This document shows, in pieces, positions 18,601-26,706 of a stretch of DNA of 64,000 nucleotides. Location: the NCBI GenBank assembly GCA_964469335.1, contig CAYXYK010000004.1:101362-165361 (forward strand), in the 5' to 3' direction. Made by a program: the position numbers and the translations under genes. This DNA is from an uncultured Candidatus Saccharibacteria bacterium. GTDB taxonomy: Bacteria; Patescibacteriota; Minisyncoccia; Phycocordibacterales; UBA6899. How positions within the stretch are numbered: position 1 is the stretch's first letter; every line of letters starts with the position of its first letter. The notes below the pieces were generated by a model. It saw only the letters and a program-made list of their open reading frames with translations, was not told the origin of the DNA and ran no database searches.

Positions 18601-20889
18601 TTCGGGAGGGTTGGTACCTCGACCGAAAAATCGAAAGTTTTCACCTTCGCCGCGACCAACCCGCGTGCAGGGGATACCCCGACGGTCATCTATGACATGA
18701 GCGCGGACATCGGGAACTTCTGGACCTCGACCACGACGCTTGCCGGCGCGGCTCAGTTCTCCGCCGCGAACTCCGGCACTCCTCCTGCGGTCGAAGCGTA
18801 CATCACCTATACGTGGAACGGTTCGCTCGGAGGTACCACCACGCGCACCGTACTCTACTCGGGAGCGCAGCAGGGAGTCACCAATCTCCTTGGTGCCTGG
18901 AACAACAAAGACATGCATGTCGAACTACCGGAAACGGTGACCAAGACATTCCGCAGTGCATATTTCGAGACGACGCACTTGCACTCGAATGCGGCGACCA
19001 CCATCACCATCAGTACGCTCACGTTCGCCGAGAACGGTGTCGCCTCGACGGTCGCCGAGAACGGTGATACCGAAGCGTACAATGCGGTGTATTTCAATCC
19101 GATCGCATCGTCGACATTCTCTTCGGGCGATACGATCAATTGGACGAAACGTTCGCTTGAGGTCAGCAATGCGCGAAACGTCGCGAACTATAGCTATTGG
19201 AACAACGTGCTCGTGGTCACCTACGACGCCGCTCAGGAGTACAAATTCCCGACCTTCACCCAGAATGCGTTCCGATTCTATGCTGACAATGCCGCGATCA
19301 AGCCGACCGATGCTTGGCCTTCCGGTGTGGTCGACCTCGGCGAGAACACCGAGATCACCGCTGCAGACTCACCGCCCGGCAACGGGAGCAACCTCAGGCT
19401 CCGCATGTCGCTCACTGTCGCGACCACCACCATGCTTGCGTCGTCGACCCAGTTCAAATTGCAATACGGCGTACGTACCAGTACCTGCGGAGCGGTCGCC
19501 TCATGGGCGGACCTTGGCGCGCCGGGCTCAGGGGCACAGTGGCGCGGGTTCAATGCGGCTCCGGCTGACGGCTCGAACATCTCCACGAGTTCACCGATGG
19601 CGGGAGAGCTCCTGCTCTCGGTCTCCGATCGTGCCGGTCTTTATCAGGAGTCGAACAACACGGTGTTCAATCCGTTCGCGACCGCGGTCGGAGAAGATGT
19701 CGAGTATGACTGGAACATCCAGAACAACAATGCCGCCACCGACACACCATATTGTTTCCGGATGACGAAGGTAGACGGAACGGCGTTCAATGATTACTCC
19801 GCATCGTATCCGACGGTGCGCACGGCGGGGTATACTGCCGAGTCGAAGAACTGGCGTTGGTACGATGACGAGAACAATGAGACCCCGACTTCGCCGATGG
19901 CGATCGAGAATACCGCTCCGACGAACGTCGTCACCGAGAATATCATCAAGCTGCGCGTGACGCTGAATGAGACGGGAGGTTCCAACGGCGTAAACCAGAA
20001 GTTCATGCTGCAGTACTCCGAGTGGGGAGACTTCTCAAGAGGGGTGACCGACCTTGTCGGCACGTCGACTTGTGTGACCAATGTTATCTGGTGCTACGGC
20101 GACGGTACCGACCTCGACGACAGCGCCATCTCGACCTTGCTGCTCTCTGATTCTGCGGCAAAGGGGAGACACAACGAGGCGGCGACCACGACGTCTACCT
20201 CAGGTCCGCTCGGTTCCACTGCGACCGAATACGAATTCACCATAAAGCATGCCGGCGCCCGGGTGAACACTACCTATTTCTTCCGATTGTGGGACGTGAA
20301 TCATGCTCGCCCGGTTCCGCTCGGGTCCGGCGAGAGCTATCCTTCGCTCTCCACTCAAGGTGCGACACTCTCATTCACCGTCTCGGGTCTTGCTTCGACC
20401 ACGGTTACGGGTGGAGTCACCACTGACGTCGACACCACCGCGTCGACGATACCGTTCGGAACGATACAAGTGGGCGGACCGGGTACGGTAGCGGCACAGC
20501 GCCTCACCGTTTCGACTGATGCGACCGAAGGATATCAAGTGTTCGTGCGCAGTAACGGCGACCTGGCAAATGCGCTCGCCGACGACATCCCTCCGGTCAC
20601 CGGCACCAACAGTGCTCCGTCCGCGTGGAGTGTCGGGTGTGACACTGCTGCCGACGGGTGCTACGGCTACCATGCCACGGACGGCACGCTCGCGGGAGGA
20701 TCGATCCGTTTCCTCGTCGATGACACATATGCACGTTTCTCCAGCACGACACTCGAAGAGGTCATGTACAACTCAGGACCGGTCACCGCCGACACCGCCG
20801 ACATCATCTGGAGACTCGAAGCGCACATCACCCAACCTGCGGGAGCGTATACGACCAGTGCACAATATATCGTTGTCCCCATCTTCTAA
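15607..20889 (+). CDS. giant (1760 aa) secreted surface protein with duplicated ~580-aa module and WxL-like C-terminal domain
   Basis: The gene has an ATGA start/stop overlap with the upstream gene. The protein has an N-terminal TM/signal and two tandem homologous modules. Its C-terminal region is homologous to modules of the 6224-aa protein and to the C-terminus of the 24009 gene (TFTVSG ... W ... IWRL ... YIVVPIF). Confidence 0.8.
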   Translation: MTRMSFKILRLIGKKVGVGMIMLSTVFYSFGGLDLYLGLTTPFAPKKADAAYTGKQLRTIEYILGNGSENTARAAGVLSYFGSANATTKAGAGQEVVIIEGSGIRVVNAYLDVAFQITASANLTGLDLFFDASSSAITGTDVRIDEVTANTPYIGSGLSGYFRGTHEVTAFFATTSDANWNAGVGVVAAASTTFSAAASRALTTIKLVITYEEDVSAGAHSEVKTVRFPLDSNNGTDTGTRQAACGAGTTCGFTYTADIPDALADADILDVYFEIHGMVDSGTASTLQPQISGGTAGPAYAWTEARADNTSVNVTFRPTVGAPNFTRNTPQTLNIVNGTVALGALGGELVVTYRYSTGASAQTETVRYFVDQDTTNPGTATSTFATSTAAIANSGRSVKSIWYRVQIAPIAAANINIGSEVGTATKRFKTYAITGTNPRSGDSPTIIHDLSADIGNFWNTSVGLGGETRASVSNAPVGLEAYVTFTWDGNTASDVTKSVSFSGAQQGVSAVAQQWNNTSVFIELPETVTKTYRSAYLLTNYDHSNAGTITVGTVTIGVNGSTTAITENGDTESFNTRYYTKIASTTFSNGDPILWTSRAIEINQQKSVANSAYFANEVIVTYDAALGGNDITVTPKQLRTVEYELGGESDNAQRASGVRSYVGAAWSASKVGAGTRSIVLNGSNIRVVNAYLEFGFIIASSSNLTGLDVYLDAGGSSSAGTDVPVAEAVGVSIRSTTGLTGYVRGNHDVTALFDRQSDAQWSSGVAVVASASTTLALGNRTLSTMRLIITYESDYSLVAHTETKTVRFPLDSTAGTDTGTKQTACAISAVCGFSYTANIPDAAADADILDVYFDMHAEVNSAAAGSFDFQITSMPTPSQAYAWVETNTDDNTVNVIYRPAVSGTAFQRNTAQTLNINNGPVALNALGGELVVTYRYSTGSTAQTETVRYFEDQRTTAPGTTRNNFATITPTISNGSLSVKNIWYKVHVAPVAATNMTIFGRVGTSTEKSKVFTFAATNPRAGDTPTVIYDMSADIGNFWTSTTTLAGAAQFSAANSGTPPAVEAYITYTWNGSLGGTTTRTVLYSGAQQGVTNLLGAWNNKDMHVELPETVTKTFRSAYFETTHLHSNAATTITISTLTFAENGVASTVAENGDTEAYNAVYFNPIASSTFSSGDTINWTKRSLEVSNARNVANYSYWNNVLVVTYDAAQEYKFPTFTQNAFRFYADNAAIKPTDAWPSGVVDLGENTEITAADSPPGNGSNLRLRMSLTVATTTMLASSTQFKLQYGVRTSTCGAVASWADLGAPGSGAQWRGFNAAPADGSNISTSSPMAGELLLSVSDRAGLYQESNNTVFNPFATAVGEDVEYDWNIQNNNAATDTPYCFRMTKVDGTAFNDYSASYPTVRTAGYTAESKNWRWYDDENNETPTSPMAIENTAPTNVVTENIIKLRVTLNETGGSNGVNQKFMLQYSEWGDFSRGVTDLVGTSTCVTNVIWCYGDGTDLDDSAISTLLLSDSAAKGRHNEAATTTSTSGPLGSTATEYEFTIKHAGARVNTTYFFRLWDVNHARPVPLGSGESYPSLSTQGATLSFTVSGLASTTVTGGVTTDVDTTASTIPFGTIQVGGPGTVAAQRLTVSTDATEGYQVFVRSNGDLANALADDIPPVTGTNSAPSAWSVGCDTAADGCYGYHATDGTLAGGSIRFLVDDTYARFSSTTLEEVMYNSGPVTADTADIIWRLEAHITQPAGAYTTSAQYIVVPIF
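15754..19245 (+). repeat. intragenic tandem duplication (2 x ~1.75 kb)
   Basis: Protein residues ~50-632 and ~633-1213 align collinearly (KQLRTIEY/KQLRTVEY ... GELVVTYRYSTG ... ETVRYF ... LPETVTKT.RSAY). Confidence 0.7.
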
Positions 20890-20897
20890 TCACCACC

Positions 20898-22145
20898 ATG
20901 ACATATAATAGAGAACAACTCATGAAACGCTTGAAGACGAGAGGACGTACTCGGTCCGTGCTTGCGGTGTGCGGCATGCTGCTCTTTACGTTGCCGAGTT
21001 TCGCTTTTGCCGCAAGCTCATTCACGGCTACTCCTGCGGTGATCGACGGCAAAGGGAAGGTGCGTGAGATCCTGCACTATAGTATGACCGTCGTGAATAC
21101 GACCAAGCATCTCGTGACTGTCTATCCGTGGGTCACCGACATCGATACTACCGAAGGGAATTCTGGTTCGAGCGATCTCGCCGGGACGCACGAAAAGGAA
21201 CTTTCGGAGTCACTCGCGCGCTGGATCGAAGTCACTCGCGGCTCGGTCGACCTGCTCCCCGGTGAGCAAAAAGACGTGCCAATCACCATCCAGATCAACC
21301 TCAATGCGAAGCCGGGGGTTTATCATTCCGCCATCCACCTCTCTGCGGGAGGTACACGTCCCGACGCAGAAGCGAACAAGGCCGATACGATGGACGTGCT
21401 TGTGAATATTGAAGTTCTCGATGATATCAACGAGCGACTGCAGCTCAACACCTTCGTTCCTTCGAAGGGGGTATTTGCCAACGAGACTGCTTCTTTCAAT
21501 TACCATATCGAGAACATCGGCAATCGCGGGGAGGTGCCGCACGGCAAGATACGCATCTACGACAAAAGCGGGCGTGAAGTTGCCTCCGTTGATGCCAATC
21601 AGGACGCAAAACGACTTGAGCCGTCATCGAAGTTGATGCTCTCCTCGGTCTGGGCATCAGGGAACAGTTTCGGCCGCTACAAGGCGATGCTCGATCTCGA
21701 GTATGGCGGCCGTGGCACACTCCAAGATACCGTATACTTCTGGGTCATTCCATGGAAGAAATTGCTTGGCATGTTCGTCTCACTCATCGTGCTGTGTGTC
21801 GCAGCCGCCATCGTACTGCACTCATACGGTCAGTCACGTCGCCGCGCACTCGCCGCCGAGACTTCAGAGGGTGGGTGGAGGCTTCCGTGGGGGCGCGATG
21901 AAAGTGAAGAAGAGGATGAAGAGTGGGAGGAAGTCGCCGTGCATCGCGCACGTGCAGTGAAGGAGCTCCGCGAAGTTGAACCTCCCCCTCCTGTCCATAC
22001 CCGTCTCCGCTCCGAGATCTACCACGGAGAGGAAGCTACGCATCTCTCGAATATGCCGAAAGCGGATTTATCCTCGCATAAGGTCATTCTCGGGAAGCGT
22101 GAATCACCGCCCCCGCCTCGGACGCATATCGTGAACCTCAAATAA
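20898..22145 (+). CDS. CscA-like (DUF916/DUF3324-like) cell-surface protein, C-terminal TM anchor
   Basis: The protein has a signal peptide, two beta-rich domains, a C-terminal TM (FWVIPWKKLLGMFVSLIVLCVAAAIVL) and a charged tail. An alternative start at 20922 is preceded by TATAATAGAG. The family assignment rests on architecture and motif resemblance only. Confidence 0.55.
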   Translation: MTYNREQLMKRLKTRGRTRSVLAVCGMLLFTLPSFAFAASSFTATPAVIDGKGKVREILHYSMTVVNTTKHLVTVYPWVTDIDTTEGNSGSSDLAGTHEKELSESLARWIEVTRGSVDLLPGEQKDVPITIQINLNAKPGVYHSAIHLSAGGTRPDAEANKADTMDVLVNIEVLDDINERLQLNTFVPSKGVFANETASFNYHIENIGNRGEVPHGKIRIYDKSGREVASVDANQDAKRLEPSSKLMLSSVWASGNSFGRYKAMLDLEYGGRGTLQDTVYFWVIPWKKLLGMFVSLIVLCVAAAIVLHSYGQSRRRALAAETSEGGWRLPWGRDESEEEDEEWEEVAVHRARAVKELREVEPPPPVHTRLRSEIYHGEEATHLSNMPKADLSSHKVILGKRESPPPPRTHIVNLK

Positions 22146-22146
22146 G

Positions 22147-23454
22147 ATGAAAAGATCCGGCCCACACCAATTCATGTTCATCCTGATCTCGCTTCTTGCG
22201 ATGGTACTTCCGTTTGGAGTCATTGCCGCAGACGAAAGCTCACTCACGATCACAGTCACACCGCCATTGTTCCAGGTTTCTCAGCCGGCCGGCACTGATT
22301 GGCGCAGTCAACTTCGACTGGTCAACAGCAACAATTATGATATTTCCATCACGGTGACTGCGCAGGATTTCCATCCGGACGGAGAGACAGGAAATGCGGT
22401 GTTTGAAGAAGGGGAGAAGGGGACCCCGACGGACTCTCGACGCATGTCCGGTTGGATCGAGGTGCCACCGGGGCTGCTCACGATTAAGCGCGGCAGTACC
22501 GCAGAGATCCCATTTACGATACACGTTCCACCGAATGCTGACCCGGGCGGACATTACGGCGGGCTTCTGGTCAGTACTCGTCCAGGCGACACTGGAGCTG
22601 GGAGTGGCGCTGGTATCTCATCAGGCATTACCTCGCTCATCTTCCTTCGTGTTCCTGGTGACGTGGTGGAAAAGGGAAGTATCAGAGATTTTTATACTGA
22701 AAACAGTGTGATCGAATCCCCTGATGCACGTTTTGTGCTGCGGTTCGAGAATGAAGGGAATGTGCACATTGTTCCACAGGGAGAGATCGTCATCACCAAT
22801 ATGTGGGGGAAGGTCCGCGGCAAGGTAAGCATCAACGAGAGTAGTACCTTCGGCAATGTACTACCGGAGTCAACCAGAAAATTCGAGTTCAACTGGAAAG
22901 AGCTCGACCCGAGCCCATTGGAAGTCGGCCGCTATAAGGCCATTGCGACCATCGTCTATGGGGTTGAGGGTCGACAAACCGTGGAGCGCACAGTCTTTTT
23001 TTGGATCGTACCGTGGAAGCCAGTCGCCTCCATCCTCGGATCACTGTTCTTCTTCATTTGGTTCATTTCCTGGTCGCTCCGACGTTATATCAAGAAGGCG
23101 CTCATGATGGAGCGTGTCCGACTTGGGATGACTGAACAGGAATTTGTCGCATATCGTGGCGGGCCGAAACAGGAAAAGCCTCAGCAGCCTACCTTGACCT
23201 TTTCCGCACTCAAACAACCACTCCGTGCAGCATCACTCAACCTTTCGCAAGACCGGATGACCTCATCACCGTCAGTATCAACACAAAAAAGAAAGAAATT
23301 GAAACCCGGAGTTGTCGCAAAGTTGCGCGCGTATCGCCCGCTGATCATCTTCGTGCTCGTACTAGCAACAGGGATCTCACTCATCAGTTGGTATTTCGTA
23401 GAGGTGTTTCAGGATGAAAGGGCCTACCACGTCGAGCAGATCCGCCCGCGTTAG
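22147..23454 (+). CDS. CscA-like (DUF916/DUF3324-like) cell-surface protein paralog
   Basis: The architecture matches the 20898 gene (FFWIVPWKP + TM + basic tail), and the start is 1 nt after the upstream stop. Confidence 0.55.
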   Translation: MKRSGPHQFMFILISLLAMVLPFGVIAADESSLTITVTPPLFQVSQPAGTDWRSQLRLVNSNNYDISITVTAQDFHPDGETGNAVFEEGEKGTPTDSRRMSGWIEVPPGLLTIKRGSTAEIPFTIHVPPNADPGGHYGGLLVSTRPGDTGAGSGAGISSGITSLIFLRVPGDVVEKGSIRDFYTENSVIESPDARFVLRFENEGNVHIVPQGEIVITNMWGKVRGKVSINESSTFGNVLPESTRKFEFNWKELDPSPLEVGRYKAIATIVYGVEGRQTVERTVFFWIVPWKPVASILGSLFFFIWFISWSLRRYIKKALMMERVRLGMTEQEFVAYRGGPKQEKPQQPTLTFSALKQPLRAASLNLSQDRMTSSPSVSTQKRKKLKPGVVAKLRAYRPLIIFVLVLATGISLISWYFVEVFQDERAYHVEQIRPR

Positions 23455-23577
23455 AACTTTCAGAAATGGGAACCTTCTACTTGCAGGACCCCCCAGTGAT
23501 TCGGTCAACGTACTATGAGTACGTCTTCCTCATCACTTTCCCCGCGCCTTGAATTTTCCTCATTTCTGAAAGTTCTC
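23453..23577 (+). repeat. structured intergenic element, copy B (terminal inverted repeat + conserved core GTCAACGTACTATGAGTACGTCTTCCTCAT)
   Basis: The 18-nt arms AGAACTTTCAGAAATGgg / CTCATTTCTGAAAGTTCT flank a core that is near-identical to 33299..33328. The inner stem gtgat/atcac covaries with atgcaat/attgcat in copy A. Confidence 0.45.
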
Positions 23578-23703
23578 TTTGTAAATATTTAGAGTTGATG
23601 CTTACTCTGTGCGCCACGAACTTTGCTCAGTTTCGCAGCTTCTATACACGTTGATGACGCCTCAAATTTCATCTATATATAGAGTGATAAAAGTAGGCGA
23701 AAC

Positions 23704-23770
23704 TGTGGATAAGTAGAGCCATATTCTTGGTTATCCACCTCTATTTGGCTCTTATCCACAGTTATCCACT
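23704..23770. promoter_or_regulatory. cluster of four DnaA-box-like 9-mers
   Basis: The boxes are TGTGGATAA (23704-12, inverted), TTATCCACC (23731-39), TTATCCACA (23752-60) and TTATCCACT (23762-70). Two are perfect matches to TTATCCACA and two differ by one base. An AT-rich tract lies upstream and a TATAAT at 23809 downstream. Confidence 0.45.
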
Positions 23771-24008
23771 TTGGGCGCACCATTTTCCCACAGCTAAGAT
23801 ATAATGTTTGATAGGTGCGAAGACCATCAACTCTGCGAGTATCGATGATCAGATCACCATCAGGACAATCATCCCAATTGTTGTCAGAATCAAAATAGAT
23901 TTTCCATTGTATACGCTCTCGCCTTGCCCCACACGGCGAAAGCACTGAAGATTACTTGTCGTTTAATATTCAGTCTCTCACAGCCATTATTTGTTTTAGC
24001 TTAGTTCT

Positions 24009-25166
24009 ATGAACTATCTTAGTTCTTTCAAACAGCTTTCACGCGCGAAGCAGATTGCTGTGCTGCTCATTGTGAGCACGTTTACATGGGCTGTCGGAGT
24101 TCCAACATTTTTTGCTACCGCTTCTGCGGCGCAACTCTCGCTCGTTAGTGCGACCGCATCGTCGTCTGTCCCTGCAGCAGTCACCAACATGACACTGCGC
24201 TACACCTCGACTACTACAGTTTCGACAGGTCAGACTATCGCGATCCAGTTCAGTCCTGGCCATAATGGTGGCACTGACGAATACAGTCTCGCATCCCTCA
24301 CCGTCAACGATGTTGTCGGACAGGCGGGTGTGACGGTCATTACCGCAGCTTGTGGTGCAGTCACCGCTAACCAGGTCTCAATCTCTGGTGGTATCGCCAA
24401 CGCTGCCGGAAACCGAACCGTCACCCTTACTGCATGTGGTGCAGTCGCTGCGCAGCAGATCACCATCGGATTCATCAACAATCATCTCGTCAATCCGACC
24501 ACGACCGGTTCATACAAGATCACCATCGGCGGCACTCAGACTGACTCAGGAACCGCAATGACCGCCATCCTCAACCAGGTCACCGTCACTGCTTCAGTCG
24601 ACACAACCCTTACCTTCACTGTTTCGGGTGTCGCAGCAGGTCAAAGCATCAACAACGAGCAAGTTTCGACAACTTCGACCGCAGTTGCGATCGGATTCGG
24701 CACACTCGCTTCGGGTACCCCGGTCGTCGCCGCACAGGACCTCACCGTGGCAACAAATGCGCAGAATGGATTCATCGTTACTGTACATGAGGACCAGAAT
24801 CTCCTCTCGGCGAACGGTGCTGATATCGACCTCTTCCAAGACGGAAATGCCGTTGCGACACCGATCGCTTGGGCGACTCCGACAGCAGTGCTTGGAACAG
24901 AAGCTACATATGGCCATATGGGTATCACTAGTAACGACACTGACCTCAATGCCAACGAGTTCTTCTCAGGATCGGTCATCAAATGGGCAGGTAATTTCTA
25001 CCCGACCACCACTCGTACCATCTTCTCAAATACCGGTCCGGCTGATGGTGTAACTCAGAATATCGGTAGAGCACGTGTCGGTTATAAGATCCTCGTCTCC
25101 AACCTCCAGGAAGCCGCAACGGATTATACCAACCACCTCATCTACGTTTGCACCCCGACATTCTAA
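24009..25166 (+). CDS. secreted surface protein with WxL-like C-terminal domain (paralog of the giant-protein C-termini)
   Basis: The protein has a signal/TM, an Ala/Thr-rich beta domain, and a C-terminal ~170 aa (TLTFTVSGVAAG ... PIAW ... VIKW ... YVCTPTF) homologous to the C-terminus of the 1760-aa protein. Confidence 0.6.
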   Translation: MNYLSSFKQLSRAKQIAVLLIVSTFTWAVGVPTFFATASAAQLSLVSATASSSVPAAVTNMTLRYTSTTTVSTGQTIAIQFSPGHNGGTDEYSLASLTVNDVVGQAGVTVITAACGAVTANQVSISGGIANAAGNRTVTLTACGAVAAQQITIGFINNHLVNPTTTGSYKITIGGTQTDSGTAMTAILNQVTVTASVDTTLTFTVSGVAAGQSINNEQVSTTSTAVAIGFGTLASGTPVVAAQDLTVATNAQNGFIVTVHEDQNLLSANGADIDLFQDGNAVATPIAWATPTAVLGTEATYGHMGITSNDTDLNANEFFSGSVIKWAGNFYPTTTRTIFSNTGPADGVTQNIGRARVGYKILVSNLQEAATDYTNHLIYVCTPTF

Positions 25167-25196
25167 ACCACTCTTTGTCCAGATGGTGTCGCATGA

Positions 25197-25224
25197 ACAG
25201 CCCCCGCTCGGGGGCTGTTTTCTT
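25197..25224 (+). terminator. Rho-independent terminator
   Basis: The sequence is ACAGCCCCCgctcGGGGGCTGTtttctt. Confidence 0.7.
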
Positions 25225-25466
25225 ACACAACGCACAGAATTGCTGTCTTTTTCTTCGGCTTTGGACGTGGATCCAATCATCGTGGCGAACCACTTCATAT
25301 GAGAACCACAACCTCGCAGACTTAAATCCTGGCCATTTCTGAGCGTTCTATCTACATAAATGAGGATAGGAGAGCTTTCCAAGTAGGGTATCTCGGATAT
25401 AATTAGGAGGATTAACCTTTATTATTTGCCCTCCTACTTTTCCGTACGAATGAGTAGTCATTATTT

Positions 25467-26525
25467 ATGCAACCTTACAAAAAATTCTTAGCCTTCACCG
25501 TACTCTTCGCAGCGCTCCTCGTTGCGCTTCCATCCGAAGTGAGTGCGCAAGGGAAAGTGAGCTTCAGGCTTTCCCCGACCACCATCGAAGACAAGGTGGA
25601 CCCGGGAGCTGACCGAGATTTCGCGCTCAATATCGAGAATCAAGGCGATGCGACCGCAACACTCTACCCGTCGGCGCAGAACATCACCGGAATCGGTCCT
25701 GACCTTCACCCGATATATTCCTCTGCAAAGGATACAGAAGGATACGCACTTGCGTCGTGGATCACCTATCAAGAGAAAGAGCTTGTTGTTCGTCCTCATG
25801 AACAAAAGACCCTCCACTTCACCGTTCATTTCCCAAAGGATGCTCATCCGGGATCGCATATGGCCGGTGTGTTTTTGAGTGACAAACCTTCAGATGCCAC
25901 CCAGAGCGGATCATCAATCGGCTTCCAGATCGGAGCGATAGTGAATTTCCAGGTCGCAGGGGAGATCATTGAGGATACTCAGATCAGAGAGTTTTACACG
26001 ACAAAGGCGGTGTACAGCAATGCGGATGTGGGATTCACCACTAAGCTTGAGAACAGGGGCAATATCCTGTCTCGCCCGCACGGCCTTATCGACATCACCA
26101 ACATGTTCGGAAAGAAAGTCGCTTCCATTCCGGTAAATGACAATGGCGGCGGTATCTTCCCGAACGGTGTGCGTGAGTTCTCGAGTGTATGGAAGTCCGA
26201 CGATATCCAGCTTGGACGCTATGATGCCGTCGTTGCGCTTGCAGTCGAAGGACAGAATGGAACTCAGACGATCTCGCGTGTACTTCAGTTCTGGATCATG
26301 CCGATGAACATCATTGGACCTATCGTCGGAGGTCTGCTTTTTCTCATCATCCTTGTCTACGTCATCATCAGGCTCTACATCAGGAGTCAGCTCGCCGGAA
26401 TTTCCCGTCCGCGTGGTGCGTCACGCCGCTCTGATCCAGGACTATCGAAGAGTGCTGCGATCGTGATAGCACTGCTTGTCGCGATCATCATCGGATTCGT
26501 TATTTTATTCTTTTACTTCGGGTAA
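25467..26525 (+). CDS. CscA-like (DUF916/DUF3324-like) cell-surface protein paralog
   Basis: The protein has a signal peptide, two beta domains, QFWIMPMNIIGP + TM and a basic tail. It aligns collinearly with the 20898, 22147 and 60879 proteins. Confidence 0.55.
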   Translation: MQPYKKFLAFTVLFAALLVALPSEVSAQGKVSFRLSPTTIEDKVDPGADRDFALNIENQGDATATLYPSAQNITGIGPDLHPIYSSAKDTEGYALASWITYQEKELVVRPHEQKTLHFTVHFPKDAHPGSHMAGVFLSDKPSDATQSGSSIGFQIGAIVNFQVAGEIIEDTQIREFYTTKAVYSNADVGFTTKLENRGNILSRPHGLIDITNMFGKKVASIPVNDNGGGIFPNGVREFSSVWKSDDIQLGRYDAVVALAVEGQNGTQTISRVLQFWIMPMNIIGPIVGGLLFLIILVYVIIRLYIRSQLAGISRPRGASRRSDPGLSKSAAIVIALLVAIIIGFVILFFYFG

Positions 26526-26527
26526 AA

Positions 26528-26648
26528 GCTGTTTCAAATTTAGCGATTATCTTCAGCAAAACAACCACCCGCGACTCACCTTACAATAAGTAAGGCTCGT
26601 CTAGCGAGTGGTTGTTTTGTTTCGCTTCTCATCTAAATTTGAAACAGG
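26528..26648 (+). repeat. long nested-hairpin element immediately 3' of stop codon
   Basis: The outer inverted repeat is GCTGTTTCAAATTTAG / CTAAATTTGAAACAGG. The middle stem is CAAAACAACCAC / GTGGTTGTTTTG. The centre is CCTTACAataaGTAAGG. Confidence 0.45.
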
Positions 26649-26706
26649 TTCGTAAGCTGGCGTCAGTAATGTGAAATAGATTTACTGTTTATGTTACGAT
26701 GAAGGC

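Noticed and set aside
23640-23800. Chromosomal origin of replication (oriC)
   Set aside because: DnaA boxes are present, but flanking genes do not switch strand at this point and no dnaA, dnaN or gidA is adjacent. A regulatory or titration site is more consistent with this, and only replicon-wide GC skew could rescue the oriC idea.
23673-23945. 90-aa minus-strand ORF in the AT-rich intergenic region
   Set aside because: It overlaps the DnaA-box cluster and TATAAT element. It shows no start signals or recognisable protein features.
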